Position numbers and translations under genes: made by a program. Shown here piece after piece: positions 39,401-48,400 of a stretch of DNA of 64,000 bases. The notes beneath the pieces are model-generated. The model was not told the origin of the DNA, did not search any database, and worked only from the letters and a program-made list of their open reading frames with translations. The stretch spans positions 1 to 64,000 of the IMG/VR virus record IMGVR_UViG_3300036766_000184. One strand, written 5' to 3'. How positions within the stretch are numbered: position 1 is the stretch's first letter; each line of letters starts with the position of its first letter. Source of the stretch: a virus.

Positions 39401-42400
39401 ACCGGCGAGAAGGGCGCGCTCGACAGGGCGCTCCTCGAAGGCTTCCTGGCAGGACCGGAACGGGAGCCGCGCGAGATCATCCGTGAGGTGCTCGATCAGG
39501 TCGGCGGCCACGAGGCGGTCGCCAAGGGGATGTTCGGCGGCGATATAGGCGAACTCGACGCCTTCGTGCGCCGTGTCCATGCGGAGGCGGTGGAGTCGAG
39601 CAAGGCGATGGAGCCGAGAGCGCCCTATGGTGGTCGCGGCACCTCCTTGCCCGCGCGGGCAATGTTTCGCGGCGTCAAGGCTGGCCGAGATCCTCACGCC
39701 ATCGAGGGCACCATCGGCGGCACGACATTCTCGCCTGACGAAAAGGTGGCGCGCGCCTACGCGGGCGAAGACGGTCGTGTTGTGCGCGAGAACCTCGGAT
39801 TCAAGAATCTGCTCGCGGCCAAGAACTGGATGGAGGCTAAGCGCGCACTCGAACTCCCCGCATCGGCGACCATGCCAGAGCTGATCCGGGCGGCGAGTGA
39901 CGCTGGGCACGACGGTCTCGCGTTTCAGGGCGCGCACGGGCAGGAGTACATCAAGATCCCATCCAAGGGACCAGAGCCCAAGACCGAGAAGACCCCACTC
40001 GGCGATCAGGTCTTGGTCCCCGACACCCCCAAGCGCTCGATCCCCACCGGGAAAGCCAAGGCCCGCGTCGAGCAGCGCCCCTTGGACTCGACGCCGCTGT
40101 TCGGACAGGACAAAGCGGAACGAGATCGGAATTCCGACGACGCGCAGGGGATGCTTCTTGAGGACCGCGCGCCGTTCCAGGCACAGGAGAAAGCGGCCAA
40201 AGCTCAGGAGAAGGCCGCTGAGGCGCTCACGAAAGCTGCTGGCGCGATCAAGGATGCGGCCGACGAAGTGCGGGCGGCCGTTCCCGAGGCCCCGAAGCCC
40301 GCGCCGGTCACGTGGGGCGGCTGGCAGGAGCGCTTCAACAAGGAGCCGCTGCCGCTCTGGTCTCTGACCCAAGACATCCCCGGCCACCCGAAAGGCTCTA
40401 CGGTCGGCCCCCAGGCGCTCCAGAAGGCGGGATTCGAGGTCCCCGAGCCCCCGGAAGCGGCCCCGACCGGCGCATCGCCGTACAAGTACTCAAGCGTAGA
40501 GATCCGACTGCCGGCCGGGATCGGAGACGCGGTGCGCCGGTTCGCGCAGACGATCCCGCAAGATCAGTTGGCGCCGAAGGGTGTCGAGGCGGTGTCTCAC
40601 GTAACCGTTCGTTATGGCATCCAAAGCTCAGAGCCCGACCGGATTAAGGACGCGCTCAAGGATCAGGGCCCCGTCGAGATCACGCTCGGCACGGTCAAGA
40701 GCTTCCCGGACACCGGCGACGGAGAAGTCCTCTACGTGGAGGCCCAGGGCCCGGCGGTCGACGCGCTCCACGAGCACCTGACGGACGCGCTCGTGACCGT
40801 CGACACCCAGAAGACGTTCAAACCTCACGTCACCCTCGCCTATTTGAAGAAGGGCGAAGCCAAGGCCCACGTCGGCGACACCAGTTTCGTCGGCCGGACC
40901 TTCACGGCCTCCGAGGTCGTGTTCTCGCCGCGCGATGGAGCGGAGCCTACGGTACTGGCCTTGCCCGGGCGGGCAGTGGAGCCAGCCACCGAAGCGCCGC
41001 GTGTGTCAGACACACCATCCGGTGTGCTAGACACACAGCCGCCGACCGCCGTCAACGAACCAGTCGCCCCCTACACCACGGAGCCCGCCCCGGCTTTCTT
41101 CTCCGCACTCCGTGACGCAGCCGACAAGCGTCTGCCCGCGCGGGCCAGCGCCGAGCAGATCATGGCGACCATCCGGGCGACCCCAGGCGTCAAGGCCGAC
41201 GAGATCACCTGGACCTACCTCCCCGAGTGGTTGGCCGAACAGAAAGGCCCGATCGCCAAGGCGGACGTGCTGGCGTATCTGGACGACTACGGCGTCAAGG
41301 TGCGGGAAAGCCTGCGCGGGCAGGGAGCGGGGAGCGATCCGGGCCAAGAGGCATTCCGTCGAGCGTTCGAGCCCGCCGCGCCCGGCGAGTACGCGCGCAC
41401 ATTCCGCGACCTGATCGAGCCGCTTGGCTACCACCCGGAGCATGCGTCCTCGGGGCCGGGCTATCTCGTCATCCGCGCCGCGCCCATCGTCAATCCGGAA
41501 GTGGGCCTGGACGAATTGAACCGACGGATGGATCTGCTCGAAGCCGAGCGCGAGCCTGCCTATCGGGCCGCACACCGTCTCGGCATCATCGACACGCGCA
41601 GTGAGGCTGAGGACATGGAACTCGCCCGCCTCACACAGACCTTGACGATCATCGACGGACAGGAACAAGAGATCGACGACCAGATTCAAGAGGTCGTTGA
41701 CCGGGATCGTCCGCGCTACTTCACCATCCGCGCTGAGGGCCGCGTACTGCTCAACGACGACGAGGGGGCCGCCGACTTCGATGAGGCTGTCGTGAATGCG
41801 TGGCGTGACCAGGAGGATCGCGCAGGACGCAGTACCACACCGAACGCCAATCTCTCGCCCGCCGAGTACGAAGGCTACAAGGCCGTCAGAGGCGGTGAGA
41901 GCTACCGCGAGCTACTGTTCCTCTATGAGAGGCCGCCAACAGAGCTTGACAAAGAGATTCGTGCGCTCTCGCGGGGCAGGGGGCGACCGGGCTCAGGCCA
42001 TGACGATGCTTTCTCGATACAACCGGAAGACCAGCCACGCTTGGACGCGCTGCTCAGCCGTCGTGTCGGGCTACCCCGCCATGTTTTCCGGCCCCCTCAC
42101 TTCCGCAACGCCGAGGACATGATTGCGCATGTCCGATTCGATGTCCGCACCGACGCCGACGGCCGGCGCGGACTCCTGATCCAAGAGGTGCAGGACGACC
42201 TCGACAACCAGATCCGCAAGCGACAGGACAACTTGAAGTCGATGGAGCGCGCATTGCCGGATGTCGCAGAAGGAACGCCAGCGCGACCCGGACTAGAAGG
42301 AAACATCGCGGACGCGAAGACCGAGATCGCCCGCCTCGAAGCCCTTCTCCCCTTCCGGGGCGGCAAGTCGAACGAGTTGGTGATGAAGCGCGTCCTGCGT

Positions 42401-45400
42401 TTTGCTTCGGAACAGGGCTACGACTTCGTGGGGTTGGCGACGGGCGCGCAGCAGGCGGAATTGTACAACCTCTCGACGCACGTCAAGCGGATCATGCTCT
42501 ACGACGCCAGCGGCGGCATCAGCGTGCCCAAAGATGGACCGTTCGTAAGCGGGATGTTCGTGGCGACCCCGCGAGATCGCGGACAACAGATTGAGCGCCG
42601 CATTGACTTGGCGCAAGACCCAGAAGCGCTGAACGATCTCGTCGGCCCTGAGATGGCGGCGCGACTCCTGGCGCGTCCGTCTCGCGTGGGCAACTGGGCT
42701 GGACTCGGCGCGCGTATCCGTTCGCTGGAAGATCTGGACCTCGAAATGCCGAGTAAGCAAGCGCAAGGCAAGAAGAAGACCTACGACGAGATCCTCCTCG
42801 CCGTCCTGAACAAGCTGGCGAAGCCGTGGGGACAGAAGGTGGAGGATCGGTACCTGAAGGCTGATGCGGGATCTCGGACGATGGCGAATGATGACGCTGG
42901 TTCCGCAGCGGCGATCGGCGCCGCGCCCATCCACGCTATCGCCATCACCCCCGAGATGCGCGAGGCCCTCCTGCGTCACGGCTTCCCGCTCTTCGAGGAC
43001 CGCGCGGCCTACGGGGCACTCCCCGCTGAGGCCAAGGTCGCCGCTGACGCTCTCAACGCGCAGGACATCCGCAACAACCCCAACTTTACAAGGTGGTTCG
43101 GAGCCTCGAAGGTGGTGGACGAGAAGGGCGCCCCGAAGGTCGCCTACCGCGGCGACAACCGCGCGGATCGCCTCGACCGTCTCCGCAAGGCTCGCGCGTC
43201 CAGCGCGCATGGGTTCTTCTTCACCGAAGACCCGGCCATCGCGTCGAGCTACGCCACGGGGAAGGTCGACCGGAACGCGGTCGACGACGTGATGGAGGGC
43301 GAGAACTTCCGCAACTACTTCCGATTCACGCGCCCCGGCGTGCGCGGCACGATCAACCTGCACGATCTCTGGTATCACCTGAGTCGAGCCGAGCAAGCGC
43401 GCGTCGAGGACGTGGTACGCAAGTCGGACTACACGGAAGAGCAGCCGGACGGCACGGTCGGCCCGCGCTACTGGGACTTCAGCGGCGAGCGTAGTGTGCG
43501 CGATCAGGCTGGATGGGATTACGAGATTCGTGACAACCGAGGCAACGTGCTCGACGCAGCGGCCTCGACCTACTTGGGCGGCGCGATTCTGCACGGCGAT
43601 GGTGACGAGGCGCTCTTCCTCGATCTCCTGAAAGAGGCCGGGATCGAGGGCGAGTACGTCGACCCGTGGGCGGAAGCCCCCGCCGTCACACCGGTCTATC
43701 TTGCGATCCAGACTCCGCTCGATACGGCGGCAATCCCACCGGCCGTGGTCGACCGACTCCGAGCCGTCGCGCGCCGCTCACGCCGTCAGCCGAAAGAGGG
43801 CTACGGCGACCCGTGGAACATGGCGGCCATCACGCCGAAGGTGTGGATCAGCGAGCTTGAAGACAACCTGACGAAGGGCACGACGACCGCGTGGACCTCG
43901 ATCCCGAAAGAGATCGTGCGCGCGCTCCAAGGGCTCGGCTACGACGGGATCAAGGACACGGGCGGGAAGATGGGCGGCCAGCCCCACGCGGTCTGGATTG
44001 CGTTCGAGCCGACGCAGGTCAAGAGCGCCATCGGGAATCGGGGCACGTTCGATCCGTCGAGCCCGTCACTGGTCCGAGAAGAAGCGACGCCCTACGCCGA
44101 GTTGCCCGCCCGGGCAGAGCCAGCTCCCGCGTTCTACTCGACGCTCCTCCAAGCCGCCGAGAAGCGCCTGATGCCGAAGATGTCCCGCGCTCAGGTCCTC
44201 GGGGTACTCGGGTCCACGCCGGGCGTCAAGAAGATCGAGATCCACTGGACCGGCCTTGAGGCGTGGCTCGCCGGCCAGCCCGAGGTCGGGATCAAGAAGA
44301 CGGACGTGCTCGACTTCATCCGGGCGAATCAGGTCCGGGTGGCGATCAGGGAGTTGAGCGAGGCGACCTCGGAGACCGAGCAGCGACGGATCGAAGCAGA
44401 GTCCGGCCTCGATCTCTCCGAAGAATACGGAGGCATGGGCAGCTTCGACTCCGCGTGGGACGAGGTGCGCGCGCTCGACCCAGATCCTGAGTACGTGAAG
44501 GAGATGCGCGCCGAAGACCCGGACTGGGAGCCGAGCGACGAGGAGATCGAATACCGCTCGTCTCATCCGGCCGGGTACGAGGTGACCGGGAATCGTGAGA
44601 GCGGTTTCTCGGTCTGGGTCCCTGATGCGTCTAAGGGCGTCGGGCGCAGGGGCGTGCGCGATGACGGCGGCGTCCAGTTCGATCGCCTCGACGCCGCACA
44701 AGAAGCCGCTGGCTTAGACTACTTCAACTGGCTTGAGAGAGCGGCTGACGATGGGGCCGCTCCTCGTCACGGCGAACACGTCGAGCCCGGCGGTCTCCCC
44801 GGCACCTATCGGGAGCGGCTGTTCGTGTGGCCGCCGGAGACGCTGGAGCCAGCGCCGACATCTCGAAGCCTGTGGCGCGAGAAAGCAGAGCAGGTCGCAG
44901 GCGAGAACGGCATCGAGCAGCCGCACCTGCTCAGCGATGCCGCTCTTCGAGAGCGTGTGGGCGAGATGGCCGCACAGGAGGACGTGAGCGCTGTTGATCG
45001 GCCTCGGCGCGACGACACGCTGTACGAGCCCCCATCTTCCCACTTCGATCAGCCCAACCTGATCGCCCACGCGCGCCTGGACGACGGGACGCTTGTCGAT
45101 GGGACGCCGGTGCTGCGGATGCAGGAAGCGCAATCCGACTGGCGGCACGCCGTCCTTTCCGAAGGCGAGCGCACCCCCGAGCCGCCGCCCGTCCTGACGG
45201 AGTTGCCGGAGGGGTACAAGGTGGAGTCGGCTCCGAGTCAGGTGGTCGAGCAGGGTGCCGGGAAGTTCCGCTATTCACCCGTCACGAAGGTCCTGTCCCA
45301 TGTAGGGCCAGAGGGTCAGGAGTGGCGTCGCGACGGTGTCGAGCCGATCAACCTGGGCCTTTTCATGGACGAGTTCACGGCCGGCAAGCTATTCGACCGC

Positions 45401-48400
45401 CTCGAAGCCATCGGCGTCCTCAAGAAAACCCTCAGAAAGAGGTCCTGGGTCGTCCGTCAGCCTGACGGGGTCGTGATGGTCAGAGCCGAGGCGACGGCGA
45501 GTCGCGCCGAAGCGGTCAAGCGCGCCGTGAGCCAACTCAACCGCGACCGCCACAACGCCTGGTCCCGCGCCGTCCCGCCCTTCCCCTGGTTGAAGAACTG
45601 GCTGGAACTGGTCATGAAGGACGGGATCAGCGAGGCGGCCCGGACGGGCAAGCAGTGGTTCGTCTGGACGACAGGCAAGCAGCAGGCCGAGCGGTGGAGC
45701 CAGAAGGTCACCGAGAACATCGCGGCGGTGCGGTATCACAAGACGGGGCACTCGGACGGCCCCGCCGATTGGGTTCTCGACGGGTGGAGCGCCAAGCGAT
45801 CACAGAAGCGCGAGGGCGAATGGCGCGACCCCGATGTCGTCCAGCGCGTCACCCCCGATGAGTTGCCGAACTACGTCGGCAAGGAACTCGCCCAGAAGTT
45901 GATCGCGGCGGACGGGGAGGTGCTGACCGGCCAGGATCTGACGTTCGGAGGTTCTGAGTTTCGCGCCATCTACGACACCATGGCCCTCTCTTTCGCGCGC
46001 GCGTTCGCCAAGCCGTTCAAGTCGCGGGTGGAGGATGTGCAGGTCAACACGGCGCCGACTGGCAACCCGCGCGTGGGCATGACCATGCACGGCATCTCGA
46101 TCACGCCTGAGATGGTGTCCACCGTCTTGACCCACGGCCTGCCGATCATGGAGCCGCGCGCCCCGTTTGCCGCCGTCCCTGAACCACGCTATCCTCTCCG
46201 CGATGGAGCCGACCGGACGAAGAGCTACGCGCTCTTCCACGAGGCGGCGCGTGAGCAGTTGGATCTGTTTGGAGGGAACCGTGGGGAGCCAGGGAAGCAA
46301 GCGGAAACTCAGGCTGTCGAACCGGCGATCCCGGCTGCGCAAGGTGACACCGGAAGAGCTGGAAACGCACGCGCGCCTGTTCGTGCATCCCAGCCCGCCC
46401 TACGGGGATTCGACGCCGGAGCCGGAGTCCGCACTCTCGCCCTTGCGCTTGCCCGCGACCTCGCCAACCTCGGCTACGTCTCCCTCCGCGGCTACCGAGT
46501 AAGCTCCGCCGAAGAACTCGGCCCCCTCGCGCAGATCTGGCGCGATCCGCGCTACGAAACCTTCCGCATCGTCTACGTGGACGACGCGGGCACCATCCTC
46601 GCCCATGAGGCCATGACGTCTCGGAGCGCCGGAGCCGCAGAGGCGTGGAAGCCTGACGACGACGTGGACGACTGGATCGCCACGCGCCGCGTTCGGATGG
46701 CGAAGATGGGCGCGACCGGATACTACCTGCTGCACAACCACCCAACGACGGCCCCGATCCCGTCACGCGAGGATCGCGCGCTCACGACCAGAATCTCGCG
46801 GGCGCTGACTGGGTTCAAAGCACACGTCATCATCGACCACGGGAGCTTCGGCATCCTCCGCCCTGACGGGACTGAGGTCATGCGTCCCGTGACGGCGCAG
46901 CCGGATGCGCGCTACATCCCCGCCGTCCCGCACGACATTCTCGATGTTCAACTGACGAGTCCCCAGGATGTCGTGAGGCTCGGCAAAGCCATCGAGGTCC
47001 GCGACGGTTGGGTCGCGCTGCTCTACCGTGGCGCGGCAGGGCAGATCATTGCGGCTCAAGAAATGCCACGGGCGCTGTTCCTTCACCCGACAGAGGCGAC
47101 CAACTATCTACGCGCCCAAAAGAATAAGTGGGATGCCGACAGCATCTTTGCTTATTCATCCGTGCGCGGCGACGCTGCCGTGATCGCGGCGGCGCAATCC
47201 CTTGTCGACGATGGACGACTTCGCGATGCGTGGGTTGGCGCTCACGGCGCGGAGATTCTCAGCGACCGAGAGCGAGGCGTGCGCGCTAACGAAGATCTCG
47301 CGACCCGTCCTATCGTTCGCTTCGCAGAATCCGGCGCCCCCTACAACGACACGACCGACGAGGATCTCCGCGAGCTGGGCCGGGCCTTCCTGACCGATCC
47401 ACCAGACTACGAATCGTGGGCGGCGCAGATGCGGACACACGTGAGCCCGGCGTACTACGCGCGGCTGGCGAAGACGTATCAGGATCTCACCGCGTCGGCC
47501 TCGGATGTCCAGACGTCGAGCGCGCGCCCGACCGGCGTGCAGAATCCGGCCCAGACCGCCGCGGGCGATCTCAACGCCGCGCGCGGCATCCCACTGCCCG
47601 CCGGGCAAGCCCTCATGGAGCGACTGCACAAGATTCTCGACGTGCCGATCTCCGAGGGGCGCGTCGGTGGCGGGGCCGGGCGTCTCGGGTTCACGCGGCT
47701 CAAGGGCGGGCGTGCCGAGGCCGCTCGGCTCAAGGTCTCCGAGGATCTCTCGACGGCCGCCCACGAGGCCGGACACGTCATCTCGGCGATCGTCTGGGGT
47801 GCCCGCCCCGGCGCGCGCGATGCCTTCTACATGCGCCACTCGCCTGACCTGATGCAGTTGGCTGAGGGGCACGTGACACCGAACCAGGAAGAGGGCTGGG
47901 CCGAGTTCTGGCGGCTCTACTTGCAGAACGCCGACAGCACGCGCGCGATCTACCCGGACCTGACCCGCGACATTGAAGACGCGCTGGCTCGCGAGGATCA
48001 GCCGCTCCTATCCGCACTCCAGCAGTGGGGCGACGACTACCGGGCGTGGCGTGGATCTCGGCCCCGGGACCGGATTCGCAGTCACGTGGTCCGCGAAGTC
48101 GGCAAGACCCGTGACCTCCGCGGCACGCTGCGGCGGACCTACACCAACCTGCTCTGGGAAGGGGCCCCGCTGGACCGCGCGGTCAATACACTCGCGGCTG
48201 GGCACCCGCTGGGGCCCGAGCAGAATGCGAGCCTGCTCAAATCGGTCTTGGCCGGCGCCCCGAAGCTGGCCGAGTACTTCCTCTTCGACAAGAACGGCCA
48301 CGGCGGGACCCTCGACTTCCACACACGCCAGGTGACCGGGCCGTCGCTGGAAGCCGTGCTCAATCCCGTCAAGGCGACCTGGCAGGACTGGTCGGACTAC

